A stretch of DNA of 64,000 nt from an uncultured Clostridia bacterium (GCA_964441745.1 CAYTYR010000008.1:18701-82700), one strand, 5' to 3'. Counted from the first letter of the stretch, positions 8,438 through 18,282 are shown. Notes: generated from the sequence alone by a model not told the origin. Numbers and translations are program-made.

Positions 8438-11400
8438 ATGCCAGGAAACAAGACCTGTATCACCAAGACCTTTTATTTTTTCCTCACCTTTAGCTTAGCC
8501 GCTTTGTTCAGTACTTCCCTTTGGTCCGCCCAACGCAAATCTGACCAGGCCGCGCCGGGTCATGTCATTGTCGAGATCAAGAAAGCCGAAGTCAGGACCG
8601 CCCCGGATCCTGCCGCTAAGATCTCCGAGATCGCCTTCAAAGGCGAGATCTTCAAGGTCATCAAAGAACTACCTGATTGGTATCTCATCGAACTCTCTGC
8701 AAACAAGGAAGGGTACCTGTCCAAAAAGTATGCCCGCGTCAAAGTATTGGATAAATCTAAAAACACCCGCCTGCTCATTCCTAAACCAGCGGCCAAAGAT
8801 AAATCAGGAAACTATGTGCTGATCACCAGAGCTGGTTCATCTATCCGTAAAACTCCGAAAAAAGACGGCCCGGTCGTTGCCCAGGCCAAGATTGACAATG
8901 CTTTCAAATTAAGCAAGGAGATCTCCGCTTCCTGGTACGAAATATATTTACCCAACGGTAAGATCAGTTACGTCCCGGCCAGTGTTTCCAAGATCATCAC
9001 TCCCGCTCAGCTGGCAAAACTTAAAACTCAGCGGATAGCTGCTGCTCCCAAGCCAGCGCCTCAACCTAAGCCTGTTCCGGTAGCAGTGGACACTTCCCAA
9101 ACCAAACTGACAATCGCTCAATATGCAGTAGCAATGAAGAATGATCTTATCCTGCGGCAAGAACCAAATATTACGGCCAACATCATGGTCACGGCCAAGC
9201 AAGGCGATCATTACAAAATACTTTCCCTGGAAAATGATTGGTGCAAAGTCTTACTACCTGACGAACGGCCGGCGGCCGTGAGTGAAGCCACCAAATCCGC
9301 CAAACAATTTAAATTAGCTACTGTCGCCGTGACTGCCAAGTCCGCTAAATTGTATGCCAAAGCCAGTGAGACCTCCAAAGTGATCGCCACTGCCTCATCT
9401 GGAACTGTTTTTAAACTGATCTGGGTCTATCAAGGCTGGTATGAAATCCTGGCCTCTTCCGGTACAGCTTTTATCTCGGATAAGTCAGCCAGGCTGATCA
9501 ATGAACAAGAGCCTAAAGCTGAACCTGTAATAGCGCCTGAACCGCCGGCTTTACCGCCAGCCAAGCCAGCAGAAAAATTAATATCAGCCCAGAAACCGGC
9601 AGTAGAAGAAACTGGTGCAGACCCCTGGATCAAGGACAAATATGTCCTGGTCACTACTAATATGGTCAACCTGCGGGCAGCCCCGGATACGAAAAGCCGC
9701 ATCCTGTCCCGGGCCAACATTAACAGCACCTATAAACTATTGTCCCGCCAGGACCAATGGTACGAGATATTCCTGCCGCCGGCTCAAAATGCTTTTATTT
9801 CCTCCAGCCTGGCAGAGATCATTACTGAAAAAGATGTACTGGCTGGTCCCAAGAAACTGGAACAACTGAAAAAAGCCCGCCAAGAGGAAGAGTTAAAATT
9901 AAAGCAGGAAAAAGAAAGAAAGATCAAAGAAGAAGCCGCTCAGCGGGAAGCGGCGATCAAAGCCCGGGAAGAAGAATGGCTCAAAGATAAATATGTGCTC
10001 ATCACGGTCAAAAAAGCGGTCTTGCAAAAAGCGCCTAATATCAAAGGCAATATTCTTGGCACCGTCAATATTGAAGATGTATACAAACTCGTTTCCCGCC
10101 GGGCAGAATGGTATGAGATCCAGGTTTCTACCGGCGCCGCTTTCCTCAATCATAATCTGGGTACAATACTAAGCGAATCCGCTATCGCTGAGCATAAGCA
10201 AAAAGTTGCGGGAGAAAAAGCCCGCCAACTTCGCATTGAAGCGGAACTGAAAGAGCGCCAGGAAGCGGAACTAAAAGCCAGGCTGGAAAATGAACGCAAG
10301 ATCAAAGAAGAAGCTGATCAGCGGGCTGCTGCCGCCGCAGAACTGAAAGTCCGGCAGGAAATTGAGCGTCAGTCGAAGCTCGAGGCCGAAAGAGCTGCTG
10401 AAGAAGAATGGCTCAAAGATAAATATATCATTGTCAGCAAGAAAAATATCAATCTGCGTCAGGCTCCTGCTGAAAAAGCGCCGATCATAAAAAAGATCGC
10501 TATCGGTGAATCCTTTAAATTGCTTTCCCGTGAAAAAACGTGGTACGGGATTAGTTTTTCTTCTGGTACAGCTTATGTCCACAGCAGTCTGGCTGAGGTA
10601 ATTACAGATAAGGACTTGGAAGCAAAGCGTTCCCTGGAAAGAGCCGCAGCAGAATTGAAAGAATGTCAGGCAGTAGAACGCAAACTGCAACTCGAAAAAG
10701 AAGCAGCTGAATTGAAGGCAAAGCAGGAAGAAAAAGCCAGACTAGCCAAAGAAGCAGAAGAACTAAAAAACAGGCAGCTCCGCGAGAAAGCGGAACTGGC
10801 GAAACGCCAGGAAGCTGAGCGCAAAGCGAAACTCGAAGCTGAACAGCAGTTGAAGCTCGAAGCCGAAAGAATTGCTGATGAAGCCTGGTGTAAAGACAAA
10901 TATATAACAGTCAGGGGTACAAACGCAAACCTGCGCGCAGAGCCAAACCTCAGCGCTAAAATATTAGCCAACGCGAAAAAAACAGATATTTTCAAGCTCT
11001 TATCCAAGACACGGGACTGGTATGAGATCTTCCTGCCGCCGGACCAGAATGCTTTTATCAGCAAAGGCCTGGTTGACCTGCTCACAGCAGTTGAAGTTGA
11101 GTCCCGGGTCAGAAAAGAACGCGAATTAATTTTGAGTGAACAACGCAAAATTGAGGCCTTGGCTGAAGCAGAAGCCCGTCAAGAGTCAGAGCGTGCCGCT
11201 AAACTGGAAAACGGCAGACTGCGCAAAGCAGAAGCTGATCTCCGAAGCAAAGAAGAGGCCGCCCTAAAAGCCAGGCAGGAAGAAGAGCTTAAAGCCAGGG
11301 AAATTGCTTGGCTCCAGGACAAGTATATATTAGTTAACAAACAAATCAGCGTTTATCCGGCGCCAAATAAAAATGCCACAGTCAATGGCATAGCACTCCC

Positions 11401-14158
11401 TGACACCAGTTTCAAGATCGTGACCAGGACCACGGAATGGTATGGCATAGATACGTCTTCAGGTACAGTCTTTGTCCCGGCCAACCAGGTTAAATTGCTG
11501 ACTGAAAAAGAATTGCATGATTACCGCCAAAAGCAGGAAGCTAAACAGCAGGTCCTGCGGCAGGCTCAGGAGGCCCAAGAACTGGCGAAGCGCCAGGAAG
11601 CGGAGCGCCAGTCGAAGCTCGCGGCAGAAGAAAAAGCCAAAAAACTCCGCGAGAAAGAGGAACTGAAAAAGCGCCAGGAAGCGGAAGCCAAAGCCAGGAT
11701 AGAAGACCAGGTCCAGGATAAATACATCCTGATCCAGGCGGAAAATGCCAACCTCCGGTCCGCCCCGTCAAAATCTTCGCCGATCATCACCCGGGCCAAG
11801 TCTGGAGAATATTACAAACTCACCTGGATCGAAAACGATGAAGATAAAAAACCCTGGTACCAGGTTAATGTTCCTTCCGGCCAGCAAAGTATCAAAGCCT
11901 ATGTGCTCTCATCGCTGGCCAAGTCAATTACTAAGGAAGAGCTCGACGCTCTGCTCCAAGCCAGGGGCGCAGCAGCCGCAAGTTCACAAGCCGCGGCAGA
12001 GGCAGAGACTGAATGGCTCAAAGATAAATATGTCCTGATCACTATTAATAATACCAACCTGCGCCAGTCTGCCCGCAAGAATGCGGCAATCGTGGATCAA
12101 GCCAGGATAGGCACAACCTATAAATTAAATGCCCGCCAGAAGGACTGGTATGAAATCAGTACTTCTTCCGGCACTGTCTTTGTCAATGCTGGGGTGACGC
12201 AGGTCATCACCGAAGCGGAAAAAACAGCAATGGCAGAGGCCGAACGCCAAGCCAGGGAACTCCAGGCCGCGGCCGAGCTGAAAGTCCGTGAGGAAGCGGA
12301 GCGTAAGTCGAAGCTCGAAAAACAGGAAGCTGAGGCTAAAGCCAAAATCACCGCCGAACTGCAGGCGAAAAAACAGGCTGAAGATGACGCTAAAATGAAA
12401 GTCTATATTGTCGATAAATACGCCCTGACCATGGTCGATAATACGAATATCAGGACTGCTCCTGATACCAACGCCGCGCTGATCACCAAGGCAGGCAAAG
12501 ATGAAGCCTTTAAGATCATCTGGATAAAAAATTCCCGGCTCAATGTGCCCTGGTACCAGGTCAGCCTTTCCTCCGGGACGCAGGCAAAGGACGGATATAT
12601 CATTTCCACGTTAGCAAAACTAGTCACTAAGCAGCAGCTTGACGAACACCGCCTGGCGCAGAAATTAGCGCAGCAAAAAGTCCTTCAACAGGCTCAGGAA
12701 GCGGAGCGCCAGTCGAAGCTCGAAGCCGAGGAAGAATCCCGCCAAATCCGTGACGCTGAAGAAAAGAAAGTCCGTGAGCTCCGCGAGAAAGTCCTTCGGC
12801 AGGCTCAGGAGGACCAAGAACTGGCCAAGAAGGAATCAGAGCGTAAGTTGAAACTTGAAAAACAGGCAGCAGAAGAAAAAGCCCGGATGGAAGAATATGT
12901 CAAAGACAAATATATTCTCACTACTACAAAGAGCACTAATTGCCGGCAGGAACCGAATAAAAACTCAACGATTATAGCTAAAGCGACAAATGATGTTTCC
13001 CTCAAATTAACCTGGATCACGACTGATAAGCAAAATGTGCCCTGGTACCAGGTAGCGATCCCCTCAGGGACAGCGACCATTCCAGCTTATGTCATGTCCA
13101 CCGTAACCAAATTAATGACGGCTCAGGAACTAAATGACTATCGCCTGGCGCAGCAAAAAACAGCCGAAGAAAAAGTCCGGCTTGAAGCTGAAGCTAAAGT
13201 TAAGGAAGCGGCAGAATTAAAAGCTAAAATGGAAGCAGCGCAAAAACTAAAGGAAGAAAAAGAACGGCTGGCCCGCGCCGCTGCGGAACTGAAAGCCAGG
13301 CAAGAAGCTGAAGCTAAAGCCCAGGAAGATGAATGGCTTAAAGATAAATATCTGGTAACCCAATATAAAGATGTTAACATCAGGAAGACAGCCAGTAAAA
13401 CTGCCGAGATAATCCAGAAAGCCCAGCTCGGCCAGGCTTTCAAGATCGTCTCCAGGGGCAAGGAATGGTACCAAATAGCCCTTGATGCCGGTACTGCCTA
13501 TATTCACAACAGTGTCGCCAAAGTCTTCACAGGGACAGAATTAGCCGCCTTACAGCAACAACAGGAAGTCCTGCGGCAGGCTCAGGAAGCGGAGCGTCAG
13601 TCGAAGCTCGAAAAAGAAACACAAACTGCAGAACAGCAAGCCAAGACGGCACAGCAAAACCAGGCAGAGCAAAAAGCCCAGGCAGCGGAAGAGACGGAAG
13701 ACCAGGCAGAGTATGGATATGTGGTCATCACTGCCCCGACTGCGGAGATCAAGTCTGCTCCTGACGACAGTGCGCAATCCCTGTTGCTAGGCCTGAAAGG
13801 TGATGTCTTTAAATATAACGGCCAACAAAAAGACTGGTATCATATATTAACCTTCTCGGGTGAAACCAGATTCGTCCGTAAAAGTCTTTGCCAAGGGTCA
13901 AATACCACGCCGCAATTGCCAGCCAGCGAAGCTAAACGCCGGGATATTTATGACAGCCTGATCGATGCCAAAGACCGGGCTATGACCGACACTAATACTA
14001 AATACCCCTCGATCAAGAGCCAGGCCGAATTGCAGGAAAAAATATTCTATCAGCAAACCGTAGAGGAGAAGTTCATACTGGAAATCTGCCATAAGCAAAA
14101 GATCCAGCCTGCCACCTACCTCACACTGCTATCAGAGGCCATTTCTAAGAACTGGTAA
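8438..14158 (+). CDS. Giant secreted repetitive protein (1906 aa) built from ~15 SH3b-like modules and E/R/K-rich single-alpha-helix or coiled-coil linkers
   Basis: A signal peptide 'FFLTFSLAALFSTSLWSA' is followed by modules of the form 'KDKYVL(I/V)T..N.NLR.AP......I.......Y KLL.R...WYEI....G.AF(I/V)'. This matches the bacterial SH3 pattern (basic patch, WY, G-x-G-W/F). Linkers such as 'EAERQSKLEAEEKAKKLREKEELKKRQEAEAKA' are typical of ER/K-rich single alpha helices. Confidence 0.7.
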   Translation: MPGNKTCITKTFYFFLTFSLAALFSTSLWSAQRKSDQAAPGHVIVEIKKAEVRTAPDPAAKISEIAFKGEIFKVIKELPDWYLIELSANKEGYLSKKYARVKVLDKSKNTRLLIPKPAAKDKSGNYVLITRAGSSIRKTPKKDGPVVAQAKIDNAFKLSKEISASWYEIYLPNGKISYVPASVSKIITPAQLAKLKTQRIAAAPKPAPQPKPVPVAVDTSQTKLTIAQYAVAMKNDLILRQEPNITANIMVTAKQGDHYKILSLENDWCKVLLPDERPAAVSEATKSAKQFKLATVAVTAKSAKLYAKASETSKVIATASSGTVFKLIWVYQGWYEILASSGTAFISDKSARLINEQEPKAEPVIAPEPPALPPAKPAEKLISAQKPAVEETGADPWIKDKYVLVTTNMVNLRAAPDTKSRILSRANINSTYKLLSRQDQWYEIFLPPAQNAFISSSLAEIITEKDVLAGPKKLEQLKKARQEEELKLKQEKERKIKEEAAQREAAIKAREEEWLKDKYVLITVKKAVLQKAPNIKGNILGTVNIEDVYKLVSRRAEWYEIQVSTGAAFLNHNLGTILSESAIAEHKQKVAGEKARQLRIEAELKERQEAELKARLENERKIKEEADQRAAAAAELKVRQEIERQSKLEAERAAEEEWLKDKYIIVSKKNINLRQAPAEKAPIIKKIAIGESFKLLSREKTWYGISFSSGTAYVHSSLAEVITDKDLEAKRSLERAAAELKECQAVERKLQLEKEAAELKAKQEEKARLAKEAEELKNRQLREKAELAKRQEAERKAKLEAEQQLKLEAERIADEAWCKDKYITVRGTNANLRAEPNLSAKILANAKKTDIFKLLSKTRDWYEIFLPPDQNAFISKGLVDLLTAVEVESRVRKERELILSEQRKIEALAEAEARQESERAAKLENGRLRKAEADLRSKEEAALKARQEEELKAREIAWLQDKYILVNKQISVYPAPNKNATVNGIALPDTSFKIVTRTTEWYGIDTSSGTVFVPANQVKLLTEKELHDYRQKQEAKQQVLRQAQEAQELAKRQEAERQSKLAAEEKAKKLREKEELKKRQEAEAKARIEDQVQDKYILIQAENANLRSAPSKSSPIITRAKSGEYYKLTWIENDEDKKPWYQVNVPSGQQSIKAYVLSSLAKSITKEELDALLQARGAAAASSQAAAEAETEWLKDKYVLITINNTNLRQSARKNAAIVDQARIGTTYKLNARQKDWYEISTSSGTVFVNAGVTQVITEAEKTAMAEAERQARELQAAAELKVREEAERKSKLEKQEAEAKAKITAELQAKKQAEDDAKMKVYIVDKYALTMVDNTNIRTAPDTNAALITKAGKDEAFKIIWIKNSRLNVPWYQVSLSSGTQAKDGYIISTLAKLVTKQQLDEHRLAQKLAQQKVLQQAQEAERQSKLEAEEESRQIRDAEEKKVRELREKVLRQAQEDQELAKKESERKLKLEKQAAEEKARMEEYVKDKYILTTTKSTNCRQEPNKNSTIIAKATNDVSLKLTWITTDKQNVPWYQVAIPSGTATIPAYVMSTVTKLMTAQELNDYRLAQQKTAEEKVRLEAEAKVKEAAELKAKMEAAQKLKEEKERLARAAAELKARQEAEAKAQEDEWLKDKYLVTQYKDVNIRKTASKTAEIIQKAQLGQAFKIVSRGKEWYQIALDAGTAYIHNSVAKVFTGTELAALQQQQEVLRQAQEAERQSKLEKETQTAEQQAKTAQQNQAEQKAQAAEETEDQAEYGYVVITAPTAEIKSAPDDSAQSLLLGLKGDVFKYNGQQKDWYHILTFSGETRFVRKSLCQGSNTTPQLPASEAKRRDIYDSLIDAKDRAMTDTNTKYPSIKSQAELQEKIFYQQTVEEKFILEICHKQKIQPATYLTLLSEAISKNW
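9950..13640 (+). repeat. Dispersed and tandem intragenic DNA repeats inside the giant SH3b gene
   Basis: 'GCGGAGCG(C/T)CAGTCGAAGCTCGA' recurs at about 10360, 11596, 12296, 12703 and 13586. 'GAATGGCTCAAAGATAAATATGT' and 'CGGCAGGCTCAGGAGG' also recur several times. Confidence 0.75.
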
Positions 14159-14224
14159 AACTACCGTTCGCAATTTAAGAATAAGGAGAAATAAGGTTAT
14201 AAGATCTATAAGGTCGTTGACCAA

Positions 14225-14899
14225 GTGAGTATTGTTCCGGTTGCGGACCGGGTAGGGATCGTCTTTCCCGTCTATCTGTGGGGATTACCGCTGATCGTCG
14301 CCAACTTTGCCCGCAAACTGCAAGCGCCGGCGTTAACTTATGTCTTTGGCCTTGCCAATTAAGGCGGTTTCCCAGCCGGCGCGCTGCTGATGTTAAAAGA
14401 TATACTCGCGGCCAATAAGATCAACTTGTCAGCAGGATTCGTTATCAGGATGCCTGGCAACTATACCCCGATGTACGGCGCCATACCGGTTGAAAAACAG
14501 CAAAAGAACTTTGCCCAAGAAAGCAAAATGATCAAGGAGATAGCTGAGACCATAAGAGCCAACAAGAATGCTGCTATCTCCGCCAACAATCCCCTGGTTA
14601 ATGCCCTGTTTAACTTCATCTACAAGCATGGCTCCCTCAAGATCCCCGAAGGGGATAAGGCTTTCTGGGTGGACGAAAAGTGCAATAGCTGCGGCGTCTG
14701 CGAAAAAACCTGCCCAGTCCGGAATATCAAAATGACTGACGGCAAGCCTGTCTGGCTGCATCATTGCGAACAATGCGTGGCCTGCCGGCAATGGTGCCCG
14801 CAGGAAGCGATCCAAGTCGGCAAGAAGACCGCCGCACGCAAAAGGTACCATCAACCGGATATCCAGGTACAAGATATCATGAACCAGCAGAAGAACTAA
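14225..14899 (+). pseudogene. Disrupted EFR1-type flavodoxin-[4Fe-4S] ferredoxin gene. A 5' fragment (14225–14362) is separated from the dicluster-ferredoxin part (14390–14899) by an in-frame TAA.
   Basis: The two segments are in the same frame. The upstream piece 'GIVFPVYLWGLPLIVANFARKL' resembles the flavodoxin-domain core of EFR1-family proteins but has no N-terminal FMN-loop start. Stops lie at 14192 (upstream) and 14360. The downstream ORF carries two CxxCxxCxxxCP motifs ('CNSCGVCEKTCP', 'CEQCVACRQWCP') and could still be expressed from its own ATG. Confidence 0.4.
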
Positions 14900-14928
14900 A
14901 GTATGTTCATACAAAGGAGTATGATTAA

Positions 14929-16332
14929 ATGAGCGGAATTTTTGGCGTTGTTTCGAAAAATGATTGTGTTCAGACTTTGTTCTACGGCACTGATTATCAT
15001 TCCCATCTGGGCACTGAGTTCGGCGGCATGGCTGTGCTCGGCCAAACTTTCAACCGTCAGATACATAATATCAGCCAGACCCAGTTCAAATCAAAATTCT
15101 ATGAAGATTACCGTCATATGTCCGGGAACAAGGGCATTGGCGTAATCAGTGATTCCAATGAACAGCCGATGTATATCAATTCCCGTTTCGGCCCATTCTG
15201 TTTAGTCACCTCCGGCTTGATCGAGAATAAAGAACAATTGACTCAAATGCTTTTTGAAAAAGGATCCTCCTTCAGCGAAGCTGGTAAAGACGGCGTCAAT
15301 GTGACTGAGCTGATCGCCAAACTGATCATCACTGGCAAGGATATTATCGACGGCATTGAAAAGATGTTCGACCTGATCGAGGGGTCTTGTTCTTTGCTGC
15401 TGCTCAACAAAGATGGCATTTATGCCGCCCGCGACCGCCGCGGCTACACCCCGCTGGTGATCGGCAAGAGTGAGACAGCGTGGGCCGTAACGGCCGAGAA
15501 CCACGCCTTCCCCAATCTGGAATTTGAAACCGTTAAATTCCTTCAGCCAGGGGAAATTACGCTCATCACGGAAAAAGGGATGGTCGCTAAAAAAGCCGGC
15601 CGTAAAAACAATCAGGTCTGTTCCTTCCTCTGGATCTATACTGGTTTTCCCGCTTCTGATTACGAAAATATCAACGTGGAAGTGGTCCGTGAACGCTGTG
15701 GCCGGGCGCTGGCTAAGAAGGATAAGGATATAGCAGTGGATGTCGTTACCGGCGTCCCTGACTCAGGCCTGGCCCATGCCTTGGGCTATGCTATGGAATC
15801 AGGCAAGCCTTTCCGCCGGCCGCTGGTGAAATATACTCCAGGCTACGGGCGCAGTTATACTCCGCCGTTCCAGGAGACCAGGGACCTGATCGCCAGGATG
15901 AAACTGGTGCCGATTAAAGAGATCATCAAAGGCAACCGCATCGTCGTCTGCGAGGATTCTATCGTCCGCGGCACCCAGCTCAAAAATTACACCGTAAATA
16001 AATTATGGGACTGCGGCGCCAAGGAAGTACATGTGCGCCCGGCTTGTCCGCCACTTATGTATCCCTGCAAATTCTGTCTCTCTACCCGCAACATCAACGA
16101 GCTGGTAGCCAGGCGGGCCATTAAAGCGCTGGAAGGCAAGGATATCGAGGATGTTTCCGAATACTTGGACCCTAATTCCAAAAAATATAAAAAGATGGTG
16201 GACTGGATCGCCAGGGATATAGAAGTGACCACTCTGCGGTACCAGACCATCGAGGACATGGTCAAGGCGATCGGTTTGCCGCGTAAACAACTGTGTGTCT
16301 ATTGTTGGACCGGCGCGGAACCAAAAGGCTAA
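14929..16332 (+). CDS. Amidophosphoribosyltransferase (PurF)-like protein with Ser replacing the catalytic Cys1
   Basis: The N-terminus is 'MSGIFGV', where PurF has MCGIVG. It continues 'GNKGIGVISDSNEQPMYINSRFG' and carries a PRTase motif 'VVCEDSIVRGTQL...AKEVHVRPACPPLMYPCKF'. An AAGGAG RBS sits 8 nt upstream of the start. Confidence 0.7.
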   Translation: MSGIFGVVSKNDCVQTLFYGTDYHSHLGTEFGGMAVLGQTFNRQIHNISQTQFKSKFYEDYRHMSGNKGIGVISDSNEQPMYINSRFGPFCLVTSGLIENKEQLTQMLFEKGSSFSEAGKDGVNVTELIAKLIITGKDIIDGIEKMFDLIEGSCSLLLLNKDGIYAARDRRGYTPLVIGKSETAWAVTAENHAFPNLEFETVKFLQPGEITLITEKGMVAKKAGRKNNQVCSFLWIYTGFPASDYENINVEVVRERCGRALAKKDKDIAVDVVTGVPDSGLAHALGYAMESGKPFRRPLVKYTPGYGRSYTPPFQETRDLIARMKLVPIKEIIKGNRIVVCEDSIVRGTQLKNYTVNKLWDCGAKEVHVRPACPPLMYPCKFCLSTRNINELVARRAIKALEGKDIEDVSEYLDPNSKKYKKMVDWIARDIEVTTLRYQTIEDMVKAIGLPRKQLCVYCWTGAEPKG

Positions 16333-16340
16333 AAAGGAGA

Positions 16341-17513
16341 ATGACAAATCAGATGAAATCAACTTTACCGTTCTGCGCGATCAGTATTTATCTGCTGGCA
16401 TCTATTTCCGTCTATGCCTCAGCGGCAGTTATTAACCATAGCTGTACAACCTTAGCCGATATCCCGTCCACTTGGGTGGAAAAAGCTAAAACAGACCTGC
16501 ATATCGCCTATGGCCATACTTCACATGGCAGCCAGCTGACTACCGGCATGACGGGACTGGTCAGCTTTAAAAGCTCTCTTTATGCCTATAACAGCGGCGG
16601 CGCCGGCGGCGCCTTGGACCTGCGGGAAAATTTCTCTGGAGCCAGTGACTTGGGAAATCCTGACTTTACAGCCTGGGCAACCGCCACCCGGAACTATTTA
16701 ACCGCCCATCCGGAAATTAACGTGATCATCTGGTCCTGGTGCGGCCAGGTCAGCAGCGCCACACAAGCTAACATCACCATGTACCTCGATCTTATGGATG
16801 AACTGGAAAGTGATTACCCTAATGTTATGTTTGTCTACATGACCGGCCACCTTGACGGTACTGGTGTCACCGGGACCCTGCATCAGCGTAATGAACAGAT
16901 CCGGGCTTACTGCCTGGCCAATAATAAATGGCTCTATGATTTCGCCGACATCGAATCTTATGACCCTGATAATAATTATTTCCTGGATAAATCAGCCAAT
17001 GATGCCTGTGATTATGACAGTGACAGTAATGGCAGCCGGGACGCTAACTGGGCTACCAACTGGCAGGATAGCCACACTGAGGATGTGGATTGGTATAACT
17101 GCTCATCTGCGCACAGCCAACCCTTAAACGCCAACCGTAAAGCCTATGCTGCCTGGTGGCTCTGGGCACGTTTAGCTGGCTGGACGGGAAGTGCGGATGT
17201 GATCGAGGAAGATCCTGATGAAGACACCACGATCACGACCTTGGACGAAGTACGCGCTTATCCTAATCCTAGTAAAGGACAGGCAGTCAGAATAACCTTT
17301 TCCAATTTAACCAACCAGGCCAAGATCAGTATCTATGACGTCTCCGGCGCCTTGGTCTACGACCATGATAAAGATAATTCAGCGACCACGTTCCGCTGGA
17401 ATGGGGTCAATAATGCTGGCGAAACAGTATCCAGCGGGATCTATGTATATGTGATCAATGATCCAAACAACACGGACAAAATCACCAAAGGCAAAATAGC
17501 CATAATCCGCTAA
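16341..17513 (+). CDS. Secreted protein of unknown enzymatic function with a T9SS-type C-terminal sorting domain
   Basis: A signal peptide 'MKSTLPFCAISIYLLASISVYASA' is present. The C-terminus 'AYPNPSKGQAVRITFSNL...ISIYDVSGALV...SGIYVYVI' is the same sorting-domain type as in the first ORF. Confidence 0.6.
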   Translation: MTNQMKSTLPFCAISIYLLASISVYASAAVINHSCTTLADIPSTWVEKAKTDLHIAYGHTSHGSQLTTGMTGLVSFKSSLYAYNSGGAGGALDLRENFSGASDLGNPDFTAWATATRNYLTAHPEINVIIWSWCGQVSSATQANITMYLDLMDELESDYPNVMFVYMTGHLDGTGVTGTLHQRNEQIRAYCLANNKWLYDFADIESYDPDNNYFLDKSANDACDYDSDSNGSRDANWATNWQDSHTEDVDWYNCSSAHSQPLNANRKAYAAWWLWARLAGWTGSADVIEEDPDEDTTITTLDEVRAYPNPSKGQAVRITFSNLTNQAKISIYDVSGALVYDHDKDNSATTFRWNGVNNAGETVSSGIYVYVINDPNNTDKITKGKIAIIR

Positions 17514-17642
17514 TAAGTAATAATATATTACCTATGAAAGGGGGCGATACCAGCCTGAATGTGTTCATTTGCATCTTTATAATTGCAAAAAAACTATTAA
17601 CTGGCATTACCAGTTAATAAAAACAAAAAGAGGAGGATACAC

Positions 17643-18275
17643 ATGAAGAAATTGTTAGTACTTATGCTTTTGCTCTCTTTAGTAATTGTAGGTTGCACCA
17701 CACCTGGTAAAAAGACAACTATCGGCGCAGGCACGGGCGCGGCTATAGGCGGCATTGCCGGCGCAGTGATCGGCCATCAATCCGGCAAAACTGGCCAAGG
17801 CGCGGTCATCGGCGCGGCAACTGGCGCGCTATTGGGCGGCACTATCGGCAATCGCCTGGACAAACAAGCTAAGGAATTGGAAGCAGTCGCGGAAACACAA
17901 CGGACCGAGAATGGTATTGTCACCACGCTCAAGGATAATATCTTGTTTGATTCCGGCAAAGCTGCCCTGAAACCAATAGCTTATGACAGCGTTAACCAGA
18001 TCGCTGACATTATCAAGAAGTATCCGGAAGACCGGGTCATAGTAGTCGGTTACACTGACAGTGTCGGCTCTGATGCCTCTAACCAGGCCTTGTCCATGCA
18101 AAGAGCGCAGTCTGTGCGCCTGGCCATGATCGAACGGGGAGTCCCGGCTTCTTCAGTCGAAGCAGTCGGTATGGGTGAAGCCAAACCAGTAGCCACTAAT
18201 GATACAGCTGAAGGCCGCGCGAAAAATCGCCGCGTCGAACTGCAAATCAGCGTAGATGAATCGAAATTAAAATAG
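17643..18275 (+). CDS. OmpA-family lipoprotein with an N-terminal glycine-zipper segment
   Basis: A lipobox 'LVIVGC' is followed by a Gly-rich zipper. The OmpA C-terminal domain reads 'ILFDSGKAAL...VVGYTDSVGSDASNQALSMQRAQSV...RRVEL'. Confidence 0.8.
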   Translation: MKKLLVLMLLLSLVIVGCTTPGKKTTIGAGTGAAIGGIAGAVIGHQSGKTGQGAVIGAATGALLGGTIGNRLDKQAKELEAVAETQRTENGIVTTLKDNILFDSGKAALKPIAYDSVNQIADIIKKYPEDRVIVVGYTDSVGSDASNQALSMQRAQSVRLAMIERGVPASSVEAVGMGEAKPVATNDTAEGRAKNRRVELQISVDESKLK

Positions 18276-18282
18276 TATTTAT

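Noticed and set aside
9950-13640. CRISPR array or other noncoding repeat array
   Set aside because: The repeats are in-frame coding repeats of the SH3b/linker protein. Their spacing is irregular and they are not direct repeats with unique spacers.
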